A stretch of 63,971 bases of DNA, counting the filler, from Reclinomonas americana ATCC 50394 (taxonomy: Eukaryota), in assembly GCA_048213135.1 (NCBI GenBank). It is 19 parts of 19 records of this genome, joined end to end, with 100 filler letters (N's around TTAATTAATTAA, not from the genome) between each part and the next. Parts side by side here need not be neighbours in the genome. Positions count along the whole stretch, not along the records: positions 20,761 to 40,206 come from AFZH01023232.1; 18 more parts are not named here. One strand, 5' to 3'. Below are positions 23,635 through 38,519 of this stretch, piece by piece; position 1 is the stretch's first letter, and each line of letters starts with the position of its first letter. Made by a program: the position numbers and the translations under genes. The notes beneath the pieces are model-generated. The model did not search any database. It was not told where the DNA came from and worked only from the letters and a program-made list of their open reading frames with translations.

Positions 23635-25850
23635 GCATCTGTCGATCACTGAGTGCGATCGTTGGCTTGGCGCCGGCTACCCGTTCTACTCACCGACTCG
23701 TACAAGTGAGGCGAAGAAGCAAGTGACGGAGATGCTCACTCTGATTGAGGCCATCATGATCAAGCAGTCGTCGCTGTTGCCGCTCCAGAAGGTGGATGCC
23801 GTTCGCCGCTTCGTCCTCACCAAGGCCACCTTCGTCATGTCGGCGGTGGAGCTCCAGCAGTCCGTGCTCGCCAAAATCGACAGCAAGATCCGCGACAGCA
23901 TCCGACTCTGCCTCGGCCTCGACAACGACTCCGGCACTCCCTGCCTCTACACTCCGCTGTCGAAAGGTGGTCTCGGTCTGTACTCGGTGGTGGAGCGAGC
24001 GGCCTCTAGATCTCTGTTGATCAACTCGGCGGTGAAGCTGCTGACACACCGCCGACCGCTGACTCGCCGTGTGGCGGAGCACATGCTCCACTGCTCGGTG
24101 AAGGCGGCCGGTGGTCGTGTCGACGATTTCTCGCCGTTGCCGACTGCTGGTTTGGTGGACAAGTACCGGCAGTCGAACGAGGTCACAGACGTCAATCGCC
24201 AGCAGTTGCCAGTTGCCACGCCGCAGCGGTATTTCTCTGTGTTGTTGTCTCCTGTTGTTCCCCAGGCCGGTGCTGCTGTGGCTGCTCTTGGTGCAGGTGC
24301 TCGCTTCCAAGTTGCCACTGATCCGCATGCCCCTCGCCGCGCTGTTCGCTCCAATCTGATCATGATGAGTGCTGCTCTCGGGCACGCTCTAAAGTTGGGC
24401 GTCAGTGTGGAAGTGCATGCGGCTGCCGCTGCTGGTCAGTCTCCGCTGGTGGTCGGACGGCTGGCTGACGGTGGTGTTGTGTTTCCCTTTGCCTCCGGAT
24501 CCTGCTTTTTGCCTGCGATGTCACACTTCTACTCCAAGCGCCACATTGCTGGCTGGAAGGAATTGCGGAAGTGTGGTGCCTTCGTCGACTCTCTGCAGAA
24601 GGCTGCTGCCGGAACCCATGACGTGGTGGCTCAGGGCAACGGCATCAGCGAGAAGGAGCAGCCCTTCCTGTGCAAGATGCGAACCAACTCCGTCGCGCTC
24701 AACAACAAGGTGGCTGTCATCAACGGCAACGCTGGTGGCCCTGCCTCGCTGTGCCCGTTCTGTGGCAAGGAGTCGGAGTCGCTCGGTCACTTGCTCAACG
24801 GCTGTGAAAAGCTGAAGGGCATGTGGACGACGCATCACGACAACGTGCTCGACGTTCTCCAAGCGGCTTTGGTGCGACGCCCCGAGGAGGACGGTGTGGT
24901 GTGCCAGCTGCTGCGCGAGCGTGTCGACGCCGATCTGCTGCCAGCGCCGGCGGACATTGACAACCACGCCGACTTGGCCAGGCTCAAGCCGGGCCTCATG
25001 ATCACCCTGGTTCACACCAGAGAGGGGACTGGTGAGATCTCCTTGGTCCAGGTGGTGGAGTTGACGTGCCCCTTCGCCAATTGCAACGAAGACTCGGTCA
25101 AGACTTCAGTCAATGGCAAGAAGGCCAAGTACGAGCCGTTGGTCAAGGCCATCAAGCAGAAGATCGGCGATCAGGCCAAGGTCGAGCTGGTGGTGCTCCC
25201 TGTGACCTCGATTGGCACGGCTCGGTTGCTGGTTGTCCATGGTTTCCACTGGTCTTCGTCGTCTCGGCGTGCGCATGCAACGTCCGGCAGTGCATCTCTC
25301 GCCTTTGCACGACAAGCTTACGTACAAGTTACTCGATGTTTGTTATGCGTTGTAAGGGTGTGGGTGGTGCACAGGGTCCGGCCGGAGTGCAACTCGTTCA
25401 AGGTGGTGCTGTTTGAGAGAAGTAATTATAACGGTTTCCCAATGCTTGCCCCACTGTTCTTCTTGATATGTTCAATTTCTTTTTGTCTTCTTCGTAGTTA
25501 CTGCGATGGACGTCTTCTGGTGGTCACTGCTGACGAAGTCTTCTTCCTGGCCTGGAGGCTGTGTGTCCTGAATAGGGCTTTATTCTCAACATCGACAACA
25601 CAGTTAAAAAAGTTTAGTTGTAGAAGGAAAGCACACGAGACTTGTTGGCGATCATTGGTAGATGCTCATTGTTGTGTATGGACCAGTGAACTTTCTATTT
25701 TTTCTCATTGTTGTGCACGTGTGGATCCGGATCAGTGAAGGTTGTTGGCGATCATTGGTAGATGCTCATTGTTGTGTATGGACCAGTGAACTTTCTATTA
25801 TTACTCTATATTGTAATGTCAGTGAGGTTTCTATTATTATGTTGATCACA
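23635..25850 (+). mobile_element. 5'-truncated non-LTR retrotransposon of the restriction-like-endonuclease type (R2/NeSL/R4-like), degenerate
   Basis: LYTPLSKGGLGL (RT thumb region), CCHC knuckle CPFC..ESLGHLLNGC, HHDNV, KPGL (PD position), VELTCPF and K..KY. Frameshift near 25211-25221, with likely true stop at 25353-25355. Confidence 0.85.
25642..25799 (+). repeat. 58-bp exact direct repeat with 100-bp period, in the retroelement 3' UTR
   Basis: 25642-25699 is identical to 25742-25799. Confidence 0.95.
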
Positions 25851-25989
25851 CGCATGCATTTAAACTCTTCTTCTTTCCCCCTCTCACCCCTTCGTCTCGT
25901 ACAAAAGAACGGCAACAAAATAAAAGTAATGCCTGTCAACACAAACAAGGTGCATGCATTAACGCATGATCGCACCGTCTCGCTCTCGA

Positions 25990-28048
25990 CTGGCCGAACG
26001 AGTTGATGGCGCGCACATTCACCACGTACGGTGTATGAGGTTGCAGGTTGGCCTGGGTGTACGCGTAGTTGGCGCGCGATGACGACGACGTCGAGTCGGT
26101 GGCGTTCTTGTAGCCGAAGATGACGTTGCCGCCGTTCTCCGGGAACGTCTGGATCTGGTAGCTGGTGATCAGCGCCAGACCAGTGTAGATCGGGGTCGAG
26201 AAGTTGACGGTGATCGAGGTGTTGGTGCTGGTGCCCTGAGTCGCGGCGGCCGGAGCGGCAGCCTGGCCCGTCTGCGTCAGAGCGCCCTGAGTCGGCGTGC
26301 CAATATAGTTGTTGGCGAAGCCCTGAGAGCCCTGGCCGAGGCCGACAGTGTTGCCACCAATCAGCACCATGCGGTAGCGCGACGACGGCTTGATCGTCTG
26401 GAATAGCTGCACGCAAGTGCCGGCAATGGCCGGGTTGGTGCCGCTGCCGAGCACAGCAGTGTTCATGCCCAGGCCGTCAGCGGCGGCCGGGTTGCCAGTC
26501 GACGCCAAGAAGCGGGTCGTCCACTGCCAGTACACCAGGTAGTAGGTGGTGGCCGGCGCCGCAGTCGTGCCCGAGCCCACCGCAGTCCACGACACGCGGT
26601 ACTCGTTGGCGGCGTAAAAGTCCAGCGACGGAGTGCCAGCAGCCGGCACAATGCCAGCCGTGGTCACAGGCGCCGCCTGGACGTAGATCGACAGCGAGTT
26701 GTTGCCCGTGCCAACCGAGTTGGTGGCGTTCAGGAAGAATCGGTAAAAGTTGCCATTCACCACAGGCACCGACGCCGTGGTGTCGGTGGCACCCACCGCC
26801 ACCGCCGGGTTCGACGCAGTCGTGCCCGACGCACCAGTCAGCGACTGGCCAGAGATGGTAGTCGACGCACCAGTGGCAGTCGTCCACGAGAACGCAATCG
26901 CCGTGCCAGTGTTGCTGGTCACCGCAAAGTTGGTCTGGTCGTTCGGCACCTGGCCCGTCAGCACGTTGTTGTTGAGGCCGTTGCCGATGATGCCATCGCC
27001 GAAAGTGGCCTGAGTCGTCGAAGTGCCAATGCCGTTGATGCCGCGCACGTCGACAAAGTAGTTGGTGGCGTCGGTGAGGCCGCGGATCACAGCCTGCATC
27101 ACCGAGGTGGTGTTCTGGGTCAGCGTGCTGGCCGTAGCCGCGCGCCACGACACCTGCCACTGGTTCACGAAGCCCTGGCCGCCAGTCTCCTGCGGCTGTC
27201 CCAGCTGAGCCAGATCGAGGTCGAACGCTTGAGCAGAAGGTTCGAAGACAGCGACGTGATGCCGCTCGGGCGCTGCGGCGACGTGGCCGTGGTGATGGTG
27301 ATGGCCGTCGCAGACCAGGCAGTCTGGTAGCCGTTGAACGAAGACACGCCAATGCGGTACTTGGTGTTGGCGGTCAGGCCATTCACTGTGAGCGTCGAGG
27401 TGGTCGAGCCGAGCGAGCCAGTGAACTGAGTCACAAAGGAGTCCGGCACAAAAGTCGTCGAGGTGACGTTGGTCAGGTTCTGCACCAGCACCTGCACGCC
27501 GACATAGTTCGAGAAGCCGTCCGACGTGGTCAGCGAGTACTGCGTGCCCGACACAGTCGACGGGGTCGACAGCGTGAAGGTGGCGTAGCCGGAGCCAGTC
27601 GTGCCAGCCGAGCCGCCAGTGGTCAGAGCCGGCAGCGGGTACGGGCGCACAATCGAGTTGGCAATCTGCGACAGAGTGCCCGACTGAGCACCGCTCTGCG
27701 TCGACGTCACACCAGAGTCCGTGCGGGTGTTGGTGGCCTGCACGGCGTAGGTGTACGACTTGCCCGGAATCGTCGGGAAGTTGAAGTTGGTGGTCAGCGT
27801 CGTCCACGTGTACGTGCGGTTGCAGTTGTTGGTGTTCTGCGTCACAACGTAGCCGTTGATCGAGGAGCCACCAATGCCAATCGGCGACGTCCACGAGATG
27901 CTGGTGATGGTGTCCTGGTAGCAGTTGCCAGAGAAGCCCACACTGAGGGTGCCAGGCACAGCCGTGTAACTGGCGCTCGAGTTGGTGCCCTGCAAGTTCG
28001 CCACACCACCAGCCAGCGTCGGGGCGGCCGGGGCGATCGGAGCATCGT
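25990..28048 (-). CDS. Large exon of a Ser/Thr/Gly-rich fibronectin type III repeat protein, with a 1-nt frameshift near 27238
   Basis: FN3 signatures WTSPIGIGGSSINGYVV, GLTANTKYRIGV, GLTDATNYFVDVRGINGIG and NLQPHTPYVVNVRAINSFG, in two frames that join at ..SN/SAQAF. Acceptor CAG at 28049-28051. Confidence 0.8.
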
Positions 28049-28870
28049 CTGTAATGATGGAAAAGCACGAAAAATCAAGTCAGACATCATATAATAACAG
28101 CGCACACTCTTCCCTTCCTCCCTCCCTGTCTCTTCTGACGGGCACAAAGCCTTTGCCAGTAGCGTCACGGCGGAGCTCCGGAGAATGATACACCCGAGCT
28201 TGATCATTCAGCGCACAGAATGCAGCACTGGCAGGCCGTCCGCTCTCGGAATGAAGCGCGCACACGTCTTGGTCTTCCGCGCGCCGCCGACATGTACAGA
28301 TCCAGCGACAGACCGCGAATAGCAGAACCGCTTGTGGCCACGGGTGCCTCAGTGGCAGCCTCACCCTCCACTATGCTGGGAACGCGCTTCCGCACCCAAG
28401 AGGCTGCAGGTATCAAAAATGCCATGCGCGTGAGAACTGCATCACACAGTCACGAGCATGATGCCGCAGCTCCACATGCATGCGCAGACAACAGGGGAGA
28501 GACACACACATGCGTGCAAGCGGGAGAGAGAGATGGAAGCGAGAACAGACACGCGAATCTGCACTTGATTGAGCTTTAGCCAGCTGCGGAGCGTGTGCGA
28601 TGAAGTGGAGTGCTTGACCACCTCGTCATTGTTCTCTGGTAAGCAGGCGCTCTCGGGTGGAAGGCATAGTGGAATGACTGTCTCCATTCTTACGAGTGAA
28701 GAACTGCCAGCGTGATCCAGCGTATGGAAGGGCGGGAGTGCTCGCGCGCATTTCCTTTTCAAGTTTTTTTTTTCGGACCTGACCAGACTGACTGGGAGTT
28801 GTCCTGCGGCGGACGCAATCATCGTTTCGTTTCTGTGTTTGTGTTGTGAGCAAGCAAGCTTTAGGCACAC

Positions 28871-31689
<2,819 letters not shown>

Positions 31690-31862
31690 AAAGTGAGGGA
31701 GAGGAGAATGATGATGATGACGTGGTCACTGGAATTCATTGTAGTAGGGACTGGTAAACAAAACAAGAGAGGGGAGTGGGGCGTAAACAAAACGAGATCA
31801 AGAGAATACCAGTGGTGAACACACACACGTCGTCACACAGCAGAGTGCGTTGGTCGAGCTGT

Positions 31863-33258
31863 TCAGAGCTTCTGGCCGGCCTCCAGGTAATCCGACTGCA
31901 GCAGCTCCTGGTTGTTGGAGGCACCGCTGGCGGCCTGCAGCTGGCGACGGCGACGCACAATGAGGAAGGCGACGAGGGCGGCAATCAGACCAGCGCCGAC
32001 AATCGACAGCGGGATGGCCAGGCCGAGCTTCAGGGCGTTGTTGTTGTTGTTGTTGGTGCCCTTGTTCACGGACTCGAGGTTGCCAGTCGAGCCGCCGCAG
32101 TTGGCCGCGCTCGCCATCAGCTGTGTGTTCCCACCAGCGTCAGCAACAGCAGCACACACATCGGTGGTGACAAACAAGGCACACACGAAACGTTGCTGTC
32201 GGTCGTGCAGCGGTTGCCGACCTGGCCGCACCACGCGCTGCGCACAACAACAGAAAATCAGGAACAGCACACAGAATGGTGTCTCTGGCAAGGCGCGCAG
32301 CACCTGTTCTGCATGTCAACCTGCACCGAAAACCAACCCGTGAGCATGAGGAAGCGCAGGGGAAGAAGATGGGTAGATCTACACACACCGACGCCTGTTG
32401 GTAGTTGCTGTTGTTGAGGTCGGAGATGGTCTGGGTGAACTCGTTGAAGCCACCGCAGCCTGCCGAGTGAACCATTAGTGGACATTGGTGATTGAGAGAC
32501 AGACAGGGGAAGAGTGAGTGAGTGACGCACCCAGGTTGAAGCTCATGTCAATGGCGACAGCCTGTGCCGGGGCCGGCATGTTGCTCCAGTTGGAGATGGA
32601 GTTCTGGGCGCAGCTGATGGCCGACTGCAGGGTGACCTGCAGCAGCTGGTCAATCTGCGACTGCGACAGGCACTGCGAGCCGTTGAGCACAGAGTTGCAG
32701 TCGGCGCCGACATTGGCCAGCTCCTGAGCCTGCTGAGCGGCGCAGCTGCGCACAAGGAGAGAACGAGAACGAGAGTGAGAGTCGTGAACAACGGGCGGTG
32801 CGAGAACATGTCAAACAACAGGCGCACAACGAACAACAAGAGAGAGACAGCGAGCGAGAGAGTGTGTGGGGGTAGAGAAGGAGGGAGGAAGGGGGGGGGG
32901 GGGGGGGACGCACTACTGCAGGTTGAATCCAACGCCTGCGAGAAGAAGAGATGCGATTTGTTAGACACAGTCATGAGAGAAAAGAGGCGCGCGCGCATCA
33001 GCATGACGGACCGACAGTGGGAATGCCCATCTGCGCAGCATGGGGTGAGTATGGGATGGACAGGGAGTGTGTGCTGTGTGGTTTGCTCACCGAGTCGTTG
33101 TAGACGCACGACTCGCTACCTTCGTTCTGCGCCACCAGCTGGTTGACGAGATCGTACGTGTCAGTGCACGTCTGCAGCAGCTGGGCCTGGGCGGGGGCCG
33201 CCAGCAGCATGGCCACGGCAACGGCCGCGAAGACGACGAGGAATGTGCTCTTGCGCAT
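31863..33258 (-). CDS. T4-phage-type (GH24) lysozyme with signal peptide and C-terminal TM helix, 8 exons
   Basis: Spliced NEGSESCVYNDS|MGIPTV|GVGFNL carries an E-x8-D-x5-T triad. Also DMSFNLG and SAWCGQVGNRC, then LGLAIPLSIVGAGLIAALVAFLIV-RRRR. Confidence 0.88.
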
Positions 33259-33524
33259 TGTGAGAAAGAAAAAATTGTCAGTCCTGCGTGACAGACAACA
33301 AAAAAACGCTGCGGGGGAAGCGAGCCCGGTGCGCGCAGAGGGTAAGAATTCAATACATCCTATCACTGCTTTTCCGGTCGATGCACCCGTATTCCCCAAG
33401 GGAAAAGAAGTGCCCGCACCCCGAGTTTCGACGTCGTTCCCACCGTCCGTCCCGCACGAATTCATTCGTTGATTGTTTGTCACTGTCTGACTGTTCCATA
33501 TCAGGTCTCACGCATCGACCGTCC

Positions 33525-34883
33525 ATGGGTATTTTCGACTTCACCGACTTCATCCAGCGCAACGATCAGTTTCTTGTGCCGCTGAAATTACTTGACGCGG
33601 CGTGCGCTCAGCGCGAGAGTCGGATGAGTCCACCACATCCTGACCGCTTATCGGATGCATATAGCACTGGTACAAGTGAAGGGTCTGGCCACGCTGTGTT
33701 GGTGTTGGTGCCGCAGTGGATCGAGCTCGACCACACGGATGGCGTCATTGATCCGACCACCTCTACAGTCCCCCAACGACGCTGCACGAGCTGGGAAGAC
33801 TGGAAGCGGCATCATCGTATGGTGCAAGAGAAGGAGATCCACACGTGGCCGCTTAGTCGGTTCGCCGCGTTTCCACGCATCGACGCCAGCTACTCGTGGG
33901 ATGATCGAGAGTTTCAGGTGCTGCGCGCGCAGCTGTCAGATGCCCTCCGCCGTGTTGTCCGGCCTCCAGATCCATACGACTCGTCAGATGACGGCGAGGA
34001 AAGCGACGAGGAGCTGGAATATTCTCGCCGCAGCAATGCCCACGATGACGACGAGAGTCTCGATCCCGAGGTGACGATAGACGGTGTCGGCGGCGTGTGG
34101 GAAGACCAGCAACTCCCGCACGCGTACATTGTGTCCTTTGAACCGCGCGCTTTCGACACCTTTGTGCTCAACGGCGCGCAGATGGAGCCCGAGCGCGTTC
34201 CCTGGGCGTACCTGTGGTTCGTCTTCAATTCTCGACATGCACCCTTGCCGCTCACCAAGGTGGAGGCGTGCCGCATGATTCTGGGAAACGAACTGGAGAT
34301 CGCTCTCCGTGCTCCGCCGCTGCCACCGCTGCCGGATGTCGACGGATGGCTGAGCCGTCTGAACGCGCAGATCGAGCGGCTGCGGCGCGAGCCCGTACTC
34401 GCCACCGCAGTACACTACTCGCTGGAGAGCACTCCCGATCGCGAGGCACTATCGAAAGCTCGTCTGTCGGTGCTGCTTGGCGATCATGTGCAGGTCGCTG
34501 CCGACGATCCGGCCCGTCATGCAGTGCGAGTTGTCCGTCTGGTGTGCAACACTCACTGCCCTGGAACACTTTCCGACTTTGCCGTGAATTTCGTGTCCAA
34601 CATTCCACTTCAGCTGGACTCGCGCCAGTCAGGCGTTGGTTGCCTCGTTTGTGGCTCTCGACGAGAACTTGCCCGCTACTTTTGTCCCGCACATCGCGAG
34701 GCACCATTGCAATCCGCTTTCGTGGAAGCCGGGGAGCGACGAGCTTCTGCCTGTCGCGAACTGTTCGAAACCCTGGAGGCTGCGATGGAGCACTTCAAGC
34801 CACCGGCAACCATGCAGGCCGCCTTCACCGAGCGGGGAGTGGACTATGTGTTAACGCTTGCGCTAACTCGGCCTCAAGAGTGA
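33525..34883 (+). CDS. Intronless hypothetical protein (about 452 aa) with an acidic tract and a Cys/His cluster
   Basis: Long open frame from MGIFDF; SSDDGEESDEELE; CLVCG...FCPAH. Confidence 0.65.
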   Translation: MGIFDFTDFIQRNDQFLVPLKLLDAACAQRESRMSPPHPDRLSDAYSTGTSEGSGHAVLVLVPQWIELDHTDGVIDPTTSTVPQRRCTSWEDWKRHHRMVQEKEIHTWPLSRFAAFPRIDASYSWDDREFQVLRAQLSDALRRVVRPPDPYDSSDDGEESDEELEYSRRSNAHDDDESLDPEVTIDGVGGVWEDQQLPHAYIVSFEPRAFDTFVLNGAQMEPERVPWAYLWFVFNSRHAPLPLTKVEACRMILGNELEIALRAPPLPPLPDVDGWLSRLNAQIERLRREPVLATAVHYSLESTPDREALSKARLSVLLGDHVQVAADDPARHAVRVVRLVCNTHCPGTLSDFAVNFVSNIPLQLDSRQSGVGCLVCGSRRELARYFCPAHREAPLQSAFVEAGERRASACRELFETLEAAMEHFKPPATMQAAFTERGVDYVLTLALTRPQE

Positions 34884-35704
34884 GTTGCAGGAAGCGAACG
34901 CATACAGAAAGCTGTCTGTGATTTGGTTGTTGTGCTGTGTTGATCCAGACGTTGCTTGGTTGTTGAGGAATGAAGCTGTAATCGTTGTTGATGGCACTCA
35001 GAAATTGAACTGCTACGTGTCGGAGGATGCCCTTGAAGCTGTCCTTGAGATAGTTGTTAGCATGTACTCTGATTGATTGCGGCGTTGCTGTTGCCGGCTT
35101 TCAGGTGCAACGTCGTCGCCGTGGCACATCGTGGCCAGCGTTTTCGAACCGATCCTTTATTGTAACCCTGACACGTTCGAATACTCCCTTGCTGCAACAA
35201 CAACAACAACAACAACAACTTTACTAATCCCAACAGCAACACAGCTGCATGTTGATCACCATGTGCAATGCAGCACAGCGAAACCATGGAAAGAATGCAT
35301 ACTCGAAATGCAAAAACACTTGCGCAGTATCCGTATGTGCGTGTCCGCAAAGAATCCACGACTTATGACGAGAGAAAGCGACCCCTCCACACACTAGGAA
35401 GATGTACCCGCTGTGCAGCGTGAAGGAGAGTGGCAAGATTCGCGCACGACGGCAAAACTCACTGCGCAAGACATGCCATCACTCACACTGTTCGCACATG
35501 CCGCCTGTCACCGCCCACATGCACGGCGACCTCACACCGTGGTCTGTTTCTGTAGAGCGTCGCGACTACGGTTCTGTGTGGCCGTCTTTCGGGCGCGCTT
35601 CGGATCGGAAAAACTTTTGATCACGACAGGCGTGCGTTCGCTTTTCGCGTTTCTTTGTTCCTATCGTGCGAGAGAGGGAAGTGTGCTAGGAGAAAAAGAG
35701 AGAG

Positions 35705-36909
35705 ATGAAGTCGACTGTGATCGTGTTCGTTTTCGCGCTGCTGGTGTTGGCCGCGGTGGTCAGCGCGTGGCCGGCCAATCAGGGCTCCACTGCGTGCACG
35801 CCCGACAGCAACGGCAACAGTGGTGAGTGCGTGACTGAAAAGGCAATTCCCTCTCTCTCTATGTGCCTCACACTAGACTGGACATCCCTGGATGTACTTC
35901 TCTCCTCAGTCGCGTGCGGTGCAAACGGAAACTGCGCGTGGAATGCCGACGCGTCGGCTTACCAGTGCCACTGCCACTACAACTGCATCAACAGTTGCGT
36001 GCACGCTGCGAACTCCTTCGCGTCACACTCCCGTGGCCAACACACTCGCTTCGCTGCACAGACAGCTGCAACTTCTGGACCGACAAGCCAGGCGCGGCGT
36101 GCTCTGTGTTCGGGTCTGCGGCGTCATCGATATCACTGTCGTGCATGGTGCCACCTCTCTCGTCGCTCTCACCCTCCATCTCTCTCGCAGTTCTGTCTAC
36201 GACCCGGTCTCCTTTATCGGCGAATTCTCCATCACCGTCTCGCAGGTGCCAGCGGCCAAGGTGAGTCCTTGCAGCGCTTTGTGTTTTTCCGAAATGCTGG
36301 TCAAGTCGCTCACGCTGTATTCTGGCGTCCTGTTGTCTGCTGGTGCACCAGGCGGCTGCCGCGGCGGTGTACGCCTCCACCAAGGCCTTGCCTTCGGTGA
36401 AATTTGTCCAGCACAGGTCAGTGATCGCGAATGCCGTGCAACCACAACTCAGCGGTCGTCACTCATTTCTCTTCTCTTCTCTTTTGCAGCTGGAACGATC
36501 TCTCGCAGATCACATCGGTGCTCACCATCCGTGGTTGCGTCTTTAGGCCTGCCGCATGGCTGCACACTCGATCTGCGCATGCAAACGTCTTGTTCTGTCG
36601 CCCTCTCACCACTTTTTGCAATCGTGCACAGTGAGCTTCGACAACATCGATGACGCGCTTGCGTACCTGGCTGCGGAATTCCCGCTTATCAACCCGCTGT
36701 TGCAGGTGGGTTCCAACAACACACCCGAGCCCTCTCTTTCTTGCTTCCACTGTTTACATATCCCGGTTTTGACATCGATAAATGCGAAACAGGTGGCGGC
36801 CTACACGCGCTCCGAGGTGTACGCCAGTGCGGCGAATGCTGCGGTGCTTGCTGCCGGTCCACTGAAGGGCTTCGATGTCTTGTACAAGACGCCCATCAAC
36901 TACCCGTAA
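35705..36909 (+). CDS. Secreted multi-exon protein, EGF-like N-terminus plus unknown C-terminal domain (paralog 1)
   Basis: Signal peptide MKSTVIVFVFALLVLAAVVSA; CGANGNC..YQCHC. Exons are conserved with paralog 2 while introns diverge. Confidence 0.8.
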
Positions 36910-37387
36910 AGTCGCAGCGCAACACACATACTGTGAGCGGTTGTAAATTTTGGACACGAACATACCGCCTGGCGACCCAATGAACCCCCCACCTTTGTGA
37001 CCCCTCAGTCACTGGCTCCCGTGCTGCGTGCTCAGTACGATATACCTTTGCCTGTCTCGGCTGCCTACTTGCCACAACTGCAAACAAATACCGGGAAAAG
37101 ATGCACTCAACAAGGGACATACCGGAAATGCAACTCATACATATCCCTTGACCCTTGACCAATGCACAAAACATGTGCTCACCCCTGCGCGTCGCATCTC
37201 ATCCACCCCGTCGTTCACAACATTCGCGCCCTGTGCTTCGTTTCCGTAGAGCAACGCTGACTTACAGCTCGCTTTCTGTCGGGTGCGTTCGGATCGGAAA
37301 AACTTCGTCGCGATCGTCTGCGCACCGCCTCCTTCTCCATTGTCTTGATCCACTCGTGCGAGAGAAGGAACAGTGCTTGAAAAAGAG

Positions 37388-38519
37388 ATGAAGTCGACTG
37401 TGATCGTTTTCGCTATTGCGCTGCTGGCGCTGGCCTCGGTGGTCAGCGCGTGGCCGGCCAATCAGGGCTCCACGTCCTGCACGCCCGACAACAACGGCAA
37501 CAGCGGTGAGTGTGTGACAAAAGAAGGCCGTTCCCTCTCTCTGTTTGTGTGTGTCTGGCTTAAGACTGGGCATACCGCTTCTTCTTTTTCTGCAGCCACA
37601 TGCGGCGCACACGGAAACTGTGCGTGGAATGCGGACGCGTCGGCGAACCAATGCCGCTGCCACTACAACTGCATCAACAGTTGCGTGCACGCACTCCTTT
37701 GCGCTGCAGCTCGTTGCTGACACTTTCGTTGCGTGGCGCAGACAGCTGCGACTTCTGGAGCGACAAGGCTGGTGTGGCGTGCTCGGTTTTCGGGTGTGTG
37801 TTGCATGAGAGCACCTCTTATGTGCCCTTTTCCTTTCTCTCACTCTTCGTCTCCGTTGGCAGCCCGCAGCCTGTCTATGACCCGCTCCACCTGGTGGGCG
37901 AGTTCACCGTCACCATCTCGCAGCTCCAGGCCGCCAAGGTGAGTTCTCGCAGCGCATTGCATTTTTCCGAAATGCTGGTCAAGAGTCGCTCACTCAACTC
38001 TTGTGTCGGGTTAGGCGGCCGCTGCGGCGCTGTACGCCTACGCCAAGACGGTGCCGACTGTGCGTTTCGTCGAGCACAGGTCAGTTGCATTCCACACACT
38101 GCATGTACATGTCAGTCTCTGACTCCGGATCCCTTCGAATTCTCTACTGTAGCTGGAACGATCTCTCGCAGATCACGTCGGTGCTCACCATCCGCTGTTG
38201 CGTTTTTCTTTGGCTCGTGGGTGTTGCATAGCTGTCGCCGATCTTACTCTTTTGTGTGCAGTGAGCTTTGACAACAGCGACGACGCGATTGCGCACCTGT
38301 CTGCGCAGCTTCCGACTATCAGCCCGCTGCTGCTGGTACGTTCCCGTCGCCGCCTCCTCCTCCATCCTCTGTCGATTCCCCTCATTTTAACTGTGAATGC
38401 AGGTGTCGGCCTACACCCGCACCGAGGTGTACGGCAGTGTGGCGACTGCTGCGGCGCTGGGCGCCGGCCCCCTGAAGGGCCTGAACGTCTTGTACAAGAC
38501 GACGACCACCTACGCGTAA
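37388..38519 (+). CDS. Secreted multi-exon protein, EGF-like N-terminus plus unknown C-terminal domain (paralog 2)
   Basis: Tandem duplicate: MKSTVIVFAIALLALASVVSAWPANQGST, CGAHGNC..NQCRC, WNDLSQITSVLTIR, YTRTEVYG. Confidence 0.8.

Noticed and set aside
23616..25859. CATGCAT as a target-site duplication of the retroelement
   Set aside because: Only 7 nt, and it recurs nearby (about 25953). Not discriminating.
27230..27245. Programmed frameshift in the FN3 gene
   Set aside because: No slippery heptamer. A missing T in a short run fits a sequencing error or mutation.
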